Positions 40,995 to 50,939 of a stretch of 64,000 bases of DNA are shown one piece after another (position 1 is the stretch's first letter; each line of letters begins with the position of its first letter). Made by a program: the position numbers and the translations under genes. Below the pieces are notes generated by a model. The model searched no databases. It worked only from the letters and a program-made list of their open reading frames with translations, and was not told the DNA's origin. Where the stretch lies: NCBI GenBank assembly GCA_963764715.1, contig CAVXTP010000009.1:131199-195198 (forward strand), in the 5' to 3' direction. Source of the stretch: an uncultured Acidobacteriota bacterium (lineage in GTDB: Bacteria > Acidobacteriota > Thermoanaerobaculia > UBA5066 > Gp7-AA6).

Positions 40995-42585
40995 CTAGAC
41001 CTTCCCCCGCTTCCAGTCCTCGAGGAGCTTGCCCGCGGCGTTCTTCCCGTTGGCGCCCATGATGCCGCCGCCCGGGTGCGTCGCCGACCCGCACATGTAC
41101 AGGTTCTTGATCGGCGTGCGGTACTGCGCCCAGCCGGGCGCCGGCCGCAGGAAGAAGAGCTGCTCGAGCGTCAGCTCGCCCTGGAAGATGTTGCCCTCCG
41201 AGAGGCCCCACTCGCGCTCGAGGTCGAGCGGGGTGACGACCTGGCGATGCTTGATGATGTTGCGGATGTTCGGCGCGTGCTCGGCGATCGTGTCGACGAC
41301 CGTGTCCCCGAACGCCTCGCTTCTCCTTGTCCCAGTCGCCCTTGAGGTTGTACGGCGCGTACTGCACGAAGCAGGACAGGACGTGCTTGCCCGGCGGGGC
41401 GAGGGAGGGGTCCGTGAGCGTGGGGATGACCATGTCGATGTACGGGCGCCGGGAGAAGCGGCCGTACTTGGCGTCGTCGTAGGCCCGCTCCATGTACTCG
41501 ACCGTGGGCGAGATCGAGATCGCGCCCCGCAGGTGCGCCCCGGGTCCCGGCAGCGCCTTGAAGTCGGGCAGGGCGTCGAGGGCGAAGTTGACCTTGCCCG
41601 AAGAGCCGCGGAACTTGTAGCGCTTGATGTCCTCGACGAAGTCGCCCGGGAGCTCCTTCTCGCCGATCATCTTCATGAAGGTCAGCCGCGGGTCGACGCT
41701 CGAGGAGACGACGCGGGCGTCGATCTCCTCGCCGGACTCGAGGACGACGCCCGTCGCTTTCCCGCCGGAGACCTTGATCTTCGCGATCGGCGCCTGGAGG
41801 CGGATCTCGACGCCGGCCTCGCGCGCCGCGTCGCCGCAGGCGTTGGAGATGGCGCCGGTCCCGCCGCGGGCGAAGCCCCAGGCCCGGAAGGCGCCGTCGA
41901 TGTCGCCCATGTAGTGGTGCAGGAGGACGTAGGCCGTGCCGGGCGAGCGCACGCCGAGGAACGTGCCGATGATGCCGGAGGCCGACATCGTGGCCTTCAG
42001 CACGTCGGTCTCGAACCACTGGTCGAGGAAGTCGACCGCCGACATCGTCATCAGCTGGACCTGGTTGTACTTGTCCTGGCCCGACAGGCTGCGGAAGCGC
42101 TTGCCCAGGAACATCAGGTCCTGGAGGCCCTTCAGGGTCAGTTTCGTCGGGTCGGGCGGCGTCATCGCGAGGATCGGCTTGACGAAGCGGCCCATGTCGG
42201 CCATCGCCTTGCCGTACTCGTCGTAGGCCTCGGCGTCGAGCTTGGAGTGGCGGGCGATCTCCCGCCGCGTCCTGGCGTGGTCGTTGACGCGCCAGAGGTG
42301 GTCGCCGTTCAGCATCGGCGTGAACGTCCCGTCGAGCGGCAGGATCTCGAGGCCGTGGCGGGGGAGATCGAGGTCCCGGATGATCTCGGGCCGCAGCAGC
42401 GAGACGACGTAGGAGCAGACCGAGAACTTGAAGCCGGGGAAGACCTCCTCGGTCACCGCCGCGCCGCCGAGCACGTGCCGGCGCTCGAGCACGAGGACCT
42501 TTTTGCCGGCCTTCGCGAGGTAGGCCGCGTGGATCAGGCCGTTGTGCCCGCCCCCGATGACGACGACGTCGTACTTGGCGCTCAT
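40995..42585 (-). CDS. FAD-dependent oxidoreductase (PYROXD2 family), paralog of the adjacent gene; frameshift near 41320
   Basis: Motifs GGGHNGL, LGGAAVTEE, TAYVLLHH, CGSATHPGGG. Confidence 0.85.
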
Positions 42586-42734
42586 GTCGTGCCGTGCCGC
42601 CCTCGATTGTGACTCCGGGTTTCGTTGCGCGGCTTGCCGCGAGCGCGCGAGCATACTTATAATCGCGCGCTCCGACAAGCTCCCTCGTGACCGGGCGTTC
42701 AAACGCGGGAGGCGGGAGCGGATTCGAGGTCGCC

Positions 42735-43934
42735 GTGCCGATCGGGACTGCCGTACACGAGAGAACGTTCCCTCTCTGCGAGAGCCTGAACTACCGCGAG
42801 TGGTCGGGCTACTACGCCGTTTCGGCGTACGAGGCGCACCACGAGCACGAGTACAACGCGATCCGGAATGCCGCGGCGCTGATCGACATCTCCCCCCTCT
42901 TCAAGTACCGCCTCTCGGGAAAGGACGCCACGCGGCTGGTCGACCGGATCGTAACGCGCGATCTGCGCAAGGTCGCCCCCGGCTCCGTGATCTACACGCC
43001 CTGGTGCGACGAGCGCGGCAAGGTCATCGACGACGGCACCGTGTCGCGCCTCGAGGAGAACGTCTACCGCTGGACGGCGGCCGACCCGAGCCTGCGCTGG
43101 TTCAAGCAGAACGCGATGGGGCTGCAGGTCGAGATCGAGGACATCTCCGACCACGTCGCGGCGCTCGCCCTCCAGGGGCCGACGGCCGGGAGGATGCTGA
43201 AGTCGATCGCCGAGGCCGACGTCGAGAACCTCAAGTACTTCAAGGTCACCTCCGGGAAGATCGCCGGCGTCCCGGTCGACATCTCGCGGACCGGCTACAC
43301 GGGCGACCTCGGCTACGAGATCTGGATTCCCTGGAAGGACGCGGTCAAGGTCTGGGACGAACTGATGTCGAAGGGCAAGGCCTTCGACATCCACGCCGCG
43401 GGCATGCTCGCCCTCGACGTGGCGCGCGTCGAGGCCGGCCTTCTGCTGATCGACGTCGACTTCTCGGGCTCGAAGAAGGCCTACATCGAGCTCCAGCGCT
43501 ACACGCCCTTCGAGATGGGTCTCGGCCGCCTCGTCGCCCTCGACAAGGGCCGGTTCGTGGGCCAGGACGCCCTGCGCGCGGAGGCGAAGCGGGGACCGGC
43601 CCGCGAGATCGTGGGCCTCGAGATCGACTGGAACACGATCGAGGCCATCTACGACCGACTCTCGCTCGCGCCGCAGATCCCGGCCGCGGCCTCGCGCGTG
43701 GCCGTGCCCGTGTACCGCGGCGGCGAGTGGGTCGGCAAGGCGACCTCGACGACCTGGTCGCCGATCCTGAAGAAGATGATCGCGCTCGCGACCGTCTCCC
43801 GCGGCTCGACCGAGATCGGCACGCGCCTCGAGATGGAATACACGGTCGAAGCCGTGCGCAGCCGCGTCGCGGCGACGGTGGTCAAGACGCCGTTCTTCAA
43901 CCCGCCGAGGAAGACCGCGACCCCGGTCCGCTGA
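42735..43934 (+). CDS. GcvT-like aminomethyltransferase (folate-binding)
   Basis: Motifs EYNAIRNAAALID, GKVIDDG, LALQGP, SRTGYTGDLGYE, RVEAG. Confidence 0.88.
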   Translation: MPIGTAVHERTFPLCESLNYREWSGYYAVSAYEAHHEHEYNAIRNAAALIDISPLFKYRLSGKDATRLVDRIVTRDLRKVAPGSVIYTPWCDERGKVIDDGTVSRLEENVYRWTAADPSLRWFKQNAMGLQVEIEDISDHVAALALQGPTAGRMLKSIAEADVENLKYFKVTSGKIAGVPVDISRTGYTGDLGYEIWIPWKDAVKVWDELMSKGKAFDIHAAGMLALDVARVEAGLLLIDVDFSGSKKAYIELQRYTPFEMGLGRLVALDKGRFVGQDALRAEAKRGPAREIVGLEIDWNTIEAIYDRLSLAPQIPAAASRVAVPVYRGGEWVGKATSTTWSPILKKMIALATVSRGSTEIGTRLEMEYTVEAVRSRVAATVVKTPFFNPPRKTATPVR

Positions 43935-43969
43935 CCCGGGAGCCGTGCCGCCGCGCGAGGAGGGGCCTC

Positions 43970-45088
43970 ATGGAAACCTCGGTCCGGGAAATCCTCGATT
44001 CCTACGACGCCGGATCCCCGCTCGACGAGGCCTGGACGATCCCAGCGCCCTGGTACGTCGACGACCGGGTCGCCGAGCTCGAGCGGCGCACCGTCTTCTC
44101 GAAGACCTGGCAGATGGTCGGCCGGCTCGACCAGCTCGCGGAGCCCGGCCAGTACGTCACGGCCCTGCTCGCGGGCGAGCCGATCGTCGTCGTGCGCGGA
44201 GAGGACCGGCAGCTGCGCGGGTTCTTCAACGTCTGCCGCCATCACGCCGCGGCCGTGATGACCGAGGAGGCGGGGAAGGCGCCGATCCTCCGGTGCCCGT
44301 ACCACGGCTGGACGTACGCCCTCTCGGGCGAGCTGAAGGGGACGCCCGACTTCGCCGGCGTCTGCAACTTCGATAAGGGACGGAACGGCCTCGTTCCGGT
44401 CGAGACGGCCGTCTGGGAGAAGTTCGTCTTCGTGCGCCTGGAGCCCGGCGGACCGTCGCTCGAGGCGTCGCTCGGGCCCCTCGTCGGCCAGTTCGCGAAG
44501 CTCGATCTCCCGCGCTTCCAGTTCGTCGAGCGCCGCCGCTGGACCTTCGAGTGCAACTGGAAGGTCTTCGTCGACAACTACCTCGACGGCGGCTACCACG
44601 TGCCGCACCTGCACAAGAGCCTGTCCTCGGTCCTCGATTACAGCCAGTACATGATCGAGACCGGGGACCGCTGGTGCCTCCAGTGGAGCCCCATCGACCA
44701 CTCGAACGCCGAGGGCGACGTGGCCGCCGTGCGCGGGGGAGAGAAGGCGCTCTACTACTGGATCTATCCCAACTTCATGGTCAACTGGTACGAGGGCGTC
44801 ATGGACACGAACCTGGTCCGGCCGCTCGGCGCCCACCGCTCCGAGGTCATCTTCGACTTCTACTTCACCGACGTCGCGACCCCCGAGGCGATCGCCCGCT
44901 GCCGGGCCTCGATCGACGTCGGCAACCGCGTCCAGGACGAGGACCTCGCGATCTGCGACTCGGTCCAGCGCGGCCTGACGTCGCGGGCGTACCGGGCCGG
45001 GCGCCTCTCCGTCCGGCGCGAGGGCGGCGAGCACGTCTTCCACCGGACGCTCGCCGCGGACCTCAAGGCCGGCCTCGGCGGGCGCTGA
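43970..45088 (+). CDS. Rieske non-heme iron oxygenase alpha subunit (choline monooxygenase/CntA-like)
   Basis: Rieske motif NVCRHH...CPYHGW; NWKVFVDNYLDGGYHVPHLH; EDLAIC..VQRGL. Confidence 0.9.
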   Translation: METSVREILDSYDAGSPLDEAWTIPAPWYVDDRVAELERRTVFSKTWQMVGRLDQLAEPGQYVTALLAGEPIVVVRGEDRQLRGFFNVCRHHAAAVMTEEAGKAPILRCPYHGWTYALSGELKGTPDFAGVCNFDKGRNGLVPVETAVWEKFVFVRLEPGGPSLEASLGPLVGQFAKLDLPRFQFVERRRWTFECNWKVFVDNYLDGGYHVPHLHKSLSSVLDYSQYMIETGDRWCLQWSPIDHSNAEGDVAAVRGGEKALYYWIYPNFMVNWYEGVMDTNLVRPLGAHRSEVIFDFYFTDVATPEAIARCRASIDVGNRVQDEDLAICDSVQRGLTSRAYRAGRLSVRREGGEHVFHRTLAADLKAGLGGR

Positions 45089-45100
45089 GCCCCGGGCGGG

Positions 45101-45919
45101 TCAGACGCGCCGGGCGGCGCGCCGGGGAGCGATCGGCACGACCTCGGGCGCCTTCGACGCCTCCACCGCGGCCCGCCGGACCGAGCCGATCGTGGGCTCG
45201 AGGAGGGCGAGCAGGTGCTCGAGCTCGGCCGCGAGCGTGACGGCGCCGCGTCCCTCGGCTTCGTCCCGGCTCTCGGCGAGGCGCCGGCAGAACATGCGCA
45301 GGTCGTTCCACCGGCCGAGCGCCTCCTGCAGCGCCTTCTCCCGCTCGATCGAGCTCGTGAAACGCCGCAGGCCGAGGGCCGCGAGGTCCTCGGCGAGATA
45401 GCGCGCCTTCTTCACGGCGATCCGGTACCGGTGAAGCTCGTCGTCGTCCTTGCCCTCGAGCGAGTGCGCGAGCGTCGCCTCGGCGTGGACGCGGGCGCGC
45501 TCGAGCCGCTCGACCGCGTCGCCGTTCTTGCGACGGGCCAGCCTGTCCATGTCCTTGAGGAGCGACCGCACCCGCTTGCCGTCGGCGGCCCGGACGATCC
45601 GGCGGACGCCGCGCTCGGAGAGCTTCTCCCAGCGGGCGGCCAGCGCCGTCGCGGCGTCGGGCGAGAGATAGCCGAGCTGGCCGATGCGCGCGAGCAGCTG
45701 CCGGTCGACCTGGATCTGGCGGTCGGCCGAAAGCGACTGCACGAGCCCGCGCGCCTCGCGCGAAACGCTTTTCGCGCCGAGCGCGTCGGCGGTCGCGCTG
45801 ACCCGGCGCAGAGCGACGCGCAGGTCGTGGAGGCCTTCGGGCTCCGCGCGGCGCGCGGCCTTGCGCGCCCGGTCGACCGAGCGCACCCGCTGCTTCCAGA
45901 GCTCGCCGGGATCGCGCAC
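45101..45919 (-). CDS. CHAD-domain (polyphosphate-binding) protein
   Basis: Motifs LHDLRVALRR, LHRYRIAVKKARY, LQEALGRWND. Confidence 0.88.
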   Translation of the reverse strand: MRDPGELWKQRVRSVDRARKAARRAEPEGLHDLRVALRRVSATADALGAKSVSREARGLVQSLSADRQIQVDRQLLARIGQLGYLSPDAATALAARWEKLSERGVRRIVRAADGKRVRSLLKDMDRLARRKNGDAVERLERARVHAEATLAHSLEGKDDDELHRYRIAVKKARYLAEDLAALGLRRFTSSIEREKALQEALGRWNDLRMFCRRLAESRDEAEGRGAVTLAAELEHLLALLEPTIGSVRRAAVEASKAPEVVPIAPRRAARRV

Positions 45920-45955
45920 GGAGCGATATTATAGGGACACGACACGGCCAGACGC

Positions 45956-46010
45956 CTTCACGCGCCCTTCACACGGTCTTCACCGGGTTCCTCCGGCCGA
46001 GGGCGACAAT
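45956..46010 (+). promoter_or_regulatory. Pho-box-like 11-bp direct repeats upstream of ppx
   Basis: CTTCACG (45956), CTTCACA (45967), CTTCACC (45978); -10 GACAAT at 46005. Confidence 0.75.
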
Positions 46011-46019
46011 GCGCCGGCC

Positions 46020-47615
46020 ATGCGCACGCTCGGCGCGATCGACATCGGAACCAACAGCATCAAGCTCCTCGTCGCGAACGTCGAGGAGGACGGCTCGCTC
46101 GAGGTGCTCCTGCGCGAGAAGGCCATGGTGCGGCTCGGCAGCGAAACGCTGCGGACGGGCCGGCTGTCCCCGGAGGCCATCGAGGCGGGGGCCTCGACGG
46201 TCGAGCACTTCGTCAAGCTCGCCGCGGGCTCCGGCGCCGAGGTCGTCCGGGCCGTCGCCACCTGCGCCGTGCGCGAGGCCGTCAACTCCGACGACTTCGT
46301 CCAGGCGGTCAAGAAGCGGACGGGCGTCAAGGTCGAGGTCATCTCGGGCGAGGAGGAGGCCCGGCTCATCAACCTCGCGCTGCGGAGCGAGTTCCCGGCG
46401 CGGCAGGACCCGCTCTTCCTGATCGACATCGGCGGCGGCTCGACCGAGCTCGTCATCTCCGACGGGTCGCGCGTGCTCCTGACCGAGAGCCTGCCGCTCG
46501 GCGTGGTGCGCCTGGCCGACCGGCACGCCCGCAACGACCCGCCCTCCGAGAAGGACCAGCGGGCCATGAAGAAGGAGATCCGCGCGGCCGCCAAGCGCGC
46601 GGCCGACGCCGTCCGCAAGAAGGGCTTCAAGACCTGCGTCGGCTCCTCGGGCACGATCCAGTCCCTCTCGCTCGTCCACGAGGCCGCGATCCTCGGTCGG
46701 GAGCCCAGCCCGACGGGGCACCGCACCCTGACGCGCGAGGGCCTCCGGAAGGTCAACAAGCTCCTCCGCCGCACCACCGAGAAGGAAAAGCTGCGGGTCC
46801 CGGGCCTCGACCCCCGCCGGCGCGACATCGCGGTGCCGGGAGGGCTGATGCTCGCGTGGCTCCTCAAGCGCACGGGGGCCGACGCGATCGTCGTGGGGGA
46901 GCGGGGCCTGCGCGAGGGGCTCCTCCTCGACCACGTCGCCCGGCACGGCGAGACCCGCATCGCGGCCAACCGCGACATGCGGGCCCGCAGCGTCGACCGG
47001 CTGCTCCGGCGCGGGAACGCCGAGGTGCTCCACGCGGCCCACGTCGCCCGCCTGGCGCTGGAGCTCTTCGACCAGACGCATTCGATCCATCAGCTCACCG
47101 CGACCGAGCGCGAGTGGCTCCAGTACGGCGCGCTCCTCCACGACATCGGGTGCTACATCGGCTACGCCAAGCACCAGAGGCACTCGTATTACCTGATCAC
47201 GCACGGCGACCTGACCGGCTTCTCGGCCGACGAGATCGAGGTGCTCGCGAGCCTCGCCCGCTACCACAAGGGCGGTGGGCCCAAGATGGCGCACGAGAAC
47301 TGGCGGCGGCTCAATCCGTACCTCCAGGCCGTGGTCGAGAAGCTCGCCGCGATCCTGAGGATCGCCGACGGACTCGACCGCAGCCACCGGCAGATCGTGA
47401 CGGGCGTGTCGTGCCGCGTGCGGGCCCGCAAGATCGAGATCGAGGCCTCCGCCCGCATGGACTGCGAGCCCGAGCTCGACGCCGCGCGCAAGAAGGCGAA
47501 CCTGTTCGAAAAGGTCTACGACCGAAACGTGGCGCTGCGCGCCGTGCCGGCCGGGCGCGAGGACATCCTCCAGAAGGACCTCGAGATCCTGTCCGCCGAG
47601 GCGCTCTGGAACTGA
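46020..47615 (+). CDS. ppx: Exopolyphosphatase Ppx/GppA with HD domain
   Basis: Motifs AIDIGTNS, ISGEEEA, DIGGGSTE, GLREG, LHDIG. Confidence 0.93.
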   Translation: MRTLGAIDIGTNSIKLLVANVEEDGSLEVLLREKAMVRLGSETLRTGRLSPEAIEAGASTVEHFVKLAAGSGAEVVRAVATCAVREAVNSDDFVQAVKKRTGVKVEVISGEEEARLINLALRSEFPARQDPLFLIDIGGGSTELVISDGSRVLLTESLPLGVVRLADRHARNDPPSEKDQRAMKKEIRAAAKRAADAVRKKGFKTCVGSSGTIQSLSLVHEAAILGREPSPTGHRTLTREGLRKVNKLLRRTTEKEKLRVPGLDPRRRDIAVPGGLMLAWLLKRTGADAIVVGERGLREGLLLDHVARHGETRIAANRDMRARSVDRLLRRGNAEVLHAAHVARLALELFDQTHSIHQLTATEREWLQYGALLHDIGCYIGYAKHQRHSYYLITHGDLTGFSADEIEVLASLARYHKGGGPKMAHENWRRLNPYLQAVVEKLAAILRIADGLDRSHRQIVTGVSCRVRARKIEIEASARMDCEPELDAARKKANLFEKVYDRNVALRAVPAGREDILQKDLEILSAEALWN

Positions 47616-47637
47616 GGGAAGGGAACCGGGGGAACGC

Positions 47638-48303
47638 GTGAAAGAGCATTTTTCGGAGCAGCTCGAGGGGCTGCGGCGCCAGCTGATCCTGATGGGCGGC
47701 GAGGTCGAGCGCCAGATCCACGGCTCGATCGAGGCCCTGACCGAGATGGACGCCGAGAAGGCCCGGGCGGTCATCGCCAACGACGAGGAGATCGACCGCA
47801 TGGAGGTGCAGATCGAGGAGGCGGCGATTTCGCTGTTCGCCCTGCAGCAGCCGGTCGCCGTCGACCTCCGGTTCCTGATCGGGTGCCTCAAGATCAACAG
47901 CGACCTCGAGCGGATCGGGGACCATGCCGTCAACATCGCCGAGGGCGCCGAGCGGCTGGCGGGGCAGAAGCCCTTCAAGCCGTTCATCGACATCCCTTAC
48001 ATGGCGGAAGTCGCGATGTCGATGCTGAAGTCCTCGCTCGACGCCTTCGTCAACCGCGACGCGGACCTCGCGCGCCGGGTGATCAAGAAGGACGACATCC
48101 TCGACGAGAAGAACGTCTCGATCATCCGGGAGCTCCTGACGTACATCGCGGAGTACCCGGCGCTGACGACCTACTGCATCGAGCTCATCTCGATCTCCAA
48201 GAACCTGGAGCGGGTCGGGGATCTCGCGACCAACATCTGCGAGGACACGATCTTCATCGCCGAGGCGCGCTGGGTGAAGCACCACGCGACCGAGCTGCCC
48301 TGA
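47638..48303 (+). CDS. phoU: Phosphate signalling protein PhoU
   Basis: Motifs QQPVAVDLR, DLERIGDHAVNI, LERVGDLATNI. Confidence 0.96.
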   Translation: MKEHFSEQLEGLRRQLILMGGEVERQIHGSIEALTEMDAEKARAVIANDEEIDRMEVQIEEAAISLFALQQPVAVDLRFLIGCLKINSDLERIGDHAVNIAEGAERLAGQKPFKPFIDIPYMAEVAMSMLKSSLDAFVNRDADLARRVIKKDDILDEKNVSIIRELLTYIAEYPALTTYCIELISISKNLERVGDLATNICEDTIFIAEARWVKHHATELP

Positions 48304-48361
48304 CGGCCGCCTGAGCCGCGGCGAGCCGGCCCCGTCCGGCGCTGGCACCCTTCTCGCTTAT

Positions 48362-49657
48362 ATGAGCCCTTCCCCGTTCCTCTGGGGCGTCGCGACCTCG
48401 GCGTACCAGGTCGAGGGCGCGCCCGACAACGACTGGACGGAGTGGGAAAGCCTCGACCGCCTCAAGGTCCGCGGCGCGCGCTGCGGCCGCGCGTCCGGGC
48501 ACGGTGAGCGGTGGCGGTCGGACTTCGGGCTGCTGCCGACGCTCGCCGCCAACGCCTATCGCTACTCGCTCGAGCGCAGTCGCCTCGAGCCCGAGCCCGG
48601 GCGCTTCTGCGAGGAGGCCCTGGCGGCCGAGCGGGAACGCGTCCGGGTCCTCGGGCGGCTCGGCATCGAGCCCTGCGTCACGCTCAGCCACTACACGCAT
48701 CCGCGCTGGTTCTGGGCGGACGGCGGCTGGGAAGACCCGCGCGCCATCGCGCGGTTCCGGCGGTTCGCGGAGGTGGCCGCCGGGAGCCTCGGCCCGTCCG
48801 TCCGGCTCTGGGTTACCCTCAACGAGCCGGTCGTTCTGCTGCTCGGCGGATACCTGGGAGGCCAGATCCCGCCGGGCCGGCGCGGTTTCCCCGCGGCCGC
48901 CCGGGCCTTCGAGCACATGCTCCGCGCCCACGTCGAAGCCGCCGCGGCGATCCGCGAGCGGATCCCCGACGCCCGGGTCGGCGTCGCGCACAACATGATG
49001 GAGTTCGCTCCGGACCGGCCCGATCGCTTCCTCGACCGCCGACTCGCCCGGGCGGCCGAGCGGCTCTACAACCTCGCGCTGCTCGAAGCGATCGCGACCG
49101 GCGATCTCGACTGGTCGTTTCCCGGCGAGGGGCGCATCCGGGTCCGCATTTCCGGGCTGCCCGCCGCCAACGACTACGTCGGCGTCAACTACTATAGCCG
49201 GCTGCACATCCGCTTTCGCGGCCGGCCCGGGGCCGTCGGAGAGTATTACTATCGCGACCCCGCGGGCCGCGGCCTCACCGACACGGGCTGGGAAGTCCAC
49301 CCGCACGGCTTCGACGTCGTGCTGCGCCAGGCCGCGATCCCGGGAAAGCCGGTGATCGTGACGGAGAACGGGATCGCGACCACCGACGACCGGCGCCGCG
49401 GCGACTTCCTGCGGGAGCATGCGGCCGTGCTCGCCCACCGCCGCGACGCGGGAACGCCCATCGAGGGTTACTTCTACTGGTCGCTGATCGACAACTTCGA
49501 GTGGCTCGAGGGCTTCCGCCCGAGGTTCGGGCTCTTCGAGGTCGACTACTCCACGTTCGCCCGCCGCCGGCGTCCCTCCGCCGACGTCTTCGCCGCGCTG
49601 GGACGGTGGTTCACCGCGGGAGGCGGTGCCGGATCGGCCGCCTCTTCTCGAAGGTGA
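48362..49657 (+). CDS. Glycoside hydrolase family 1 (beta-glucosidase)
   Basis: Motifs WGVATSAYQVEG, TLNEP, VTENG, WSLIDNFEW. Confidence 0.93.
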   Translation: MSPSPFLWGVATSAYQVEGAPDNDWTEWESLDRLKVRGARCGRASGHGERWRSDFGLLPTLAANAYRYSLERSRLEPEPGRFCEEALAAERERVRVLGRLGIEPCVTLSHYTHPRWFWADGGWEDPRAIARFRRFAEVAAGSLGPSVRLWVTLNEPVVLLLGGYLGGQIPPGRRGFPAAARAFEHMLRAHVEAAAAIRERIPDARVGVAHNMMEFAPDRPDRFLDRRLARAAERLYNLALLEAIATGDLDWSFPGEGRIRVRISGLPAANDYVGVNYYSRLHIRFRGRPGAVGEYYYRDPAGRGLTDTGWEVHPHGFDVVLRQAAIPGKPVIVTENGIATTDDRRRGDFLREHAAVLAHRRDAGTPIEGYFYWSLIDNFEWLEGFRPRFGLFEVDYSTFARRRRPSADVFAALGRWFTAGGGAGSAASSRR

Positions 49658-50433
49658 CGAACTCGGTCACGCCCGCGGCCCGGGCGAGCGGGAGCGTCTT
49701 CTCGTAGCCCCAGCCGACTTCCGCCGGCGCGTGCGCGTCCGAGGAGAACGTCACGGGAATGCCGGCCTCGACGATCGCCGAGAGCAGGCGCGGCTCGGGG
49801 TACGCCTCGCCGACCGGCTTGCGCAGCCCCGCCGAGGAGATCTCCACCGCGAGGCCGCTCCGGCGCGCCGCGGCGATGGCCGCGCCCTCGGCCTCGGCGA
49901 GCGGGAACGGCGGCCGGTGCCCGTGCTTCTTGGGAAGGTCGAAGTGCGTCAGCACGTCGAAGAGGCCGGTCCCGGCGGCCTTCGACAGCAGCCGGTAGTA
50001 GCGCTCGTAGAGGGCTTCGATCCCTTCCCGCGCGAAGCGCGCGGGCGAGGTGGCCGGGTCGTCGATCCAGCCGCCGTCGACCCAGTGGACCGAGCCGAGG
50101 ACGACGTCCCAGTCGGCGCGATCGAGCCATCGGGCGAGCTCTTCCTCGAAGTCCTCGGCGTAGTCGGCCTCGAGGCCGAGGCGCACGTCGATCGTGCCGC
50201 GGAACTCGGACCGAAGATCCTCCACCTCCCGGACGTAACCGTCGAACTGGGCCTCGGCCATCGCGAGCTTCGGGTCGCGGTCGGCCTCGGGCAGGAAGTA
50301 GAGCGGGATGTGGTCGGTGAAGGCGATCTCGGAGAGCCCCGCTCGATCGCCCGGAGGACGAAGTCCCGCGACGGCCCCGCCGGCGTGGCCGCAGCGGAAG
50401 GTGTGCACGTGGAGGTCGGGCGAGTCCCTGCAC
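49611..50433 (-). CDS. PHP-family histidinol-phosphatase (HisJ/HisK type); indels in the 5' part
   Basis: Motifs DLHVHT, FTDH, LGLEADY, LGSVH, THFDLPK, FSSDAH. Confidence 0.82.
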
Positions 50434-50456
50434 GGTCGGATTATCGCGCCGCCGAT

Positions 50457-50489
50457 CTTCACACCGTCTTCAACCCGGCCTCCTAGAGT
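50457..50489 (+). promoter_or_regulatory. Pho-box-like repeats plus -10 element
   Basis: CTTCACA (50457), CTTCAAC (50468), TAGAGT (50484); the ATG follows 6 nt later. Confidence 0.65.
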
Positions 50490-50495
50490 CGGCCC

Positions 50496-50840
50496 ATGAC
50501 GGTCAAGAGCGAGGACATCGAGCTCGTGGCCGAAGGCTCGGTCCCGGTCTCCGGATTCTCCCGCGAGCTTCGCGAGACCGAGGACGTCGAGCGGTACCGC
50601 TTCTCGTGGTCGACGCGCGGCGAGCCGTCGATGCCGGTGCACGTCGTCTTCTCGGCTTCCCGGCGCGCCGCCGAGGTGAAGACCGGCGACATGAAGGCTC
50701 TCCGATTTTCCGACGTGGGCTCGGCCGAGGAGGCCCGCGACCGGTGGATCGCGTGGTGGAAGCGCGCCGGCAGCCGGCCCGCGTTCGTCGGACCGCGGCG
50801 GACCGGCCGCCACCCGGTCGTCCGCCTCGCCGGCGTCTAG
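50496..50840 (+). CDS. Hypothetical protein (114 aa)
   Basis: GC3-biased ORF with its own promoter; no family recognised. Confidence 0.7.
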   Translation: MTVKSEDIELVAEGSVPVSGFSRELRETEDVERYRFSWSTRGEPSMPVHVVFSASRRAAEVKTGDMKALRFSDVGSAEEARDRWIAWWKRAGSRPAFVGPRRTGRHPVVRLAGV

Positions 50841-50850
50841 GCCGGCCGGG

Positions 50851-50927
50851 CTTCGTCCCGTCTTTACCCGCCGTTCGGCGGTTCTTTTCCCCGTCCTCCC
50901 GGGGCCCTCGCGCCCGGCGCCCAGACT
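50851..50927 (+). promoter_or_regulatory. Six phased degenerate Pho-box-like half-sites upstream of the PHP-GT operon
   Basis: CTTCGTC, CTTTACC, GTTCGGC, CTTTTCC, CCTCCCG, CCTCGCG at 11-nt spacing from 50851; CAGACT at 50922. Confidence 0.5.
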
Positions 50928-50939
50928 CGGGCCGTTCGC

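Noticed and set aside
39391-42585. Carotenoid biosynthesis (crtI) controlled by the CarH-like gene
   Set aside because: No crtB or crtE nearby; the sequences and GcvT/Rieske context fit the PYROXD2-like group; the locus is 12 kb from the regulator.
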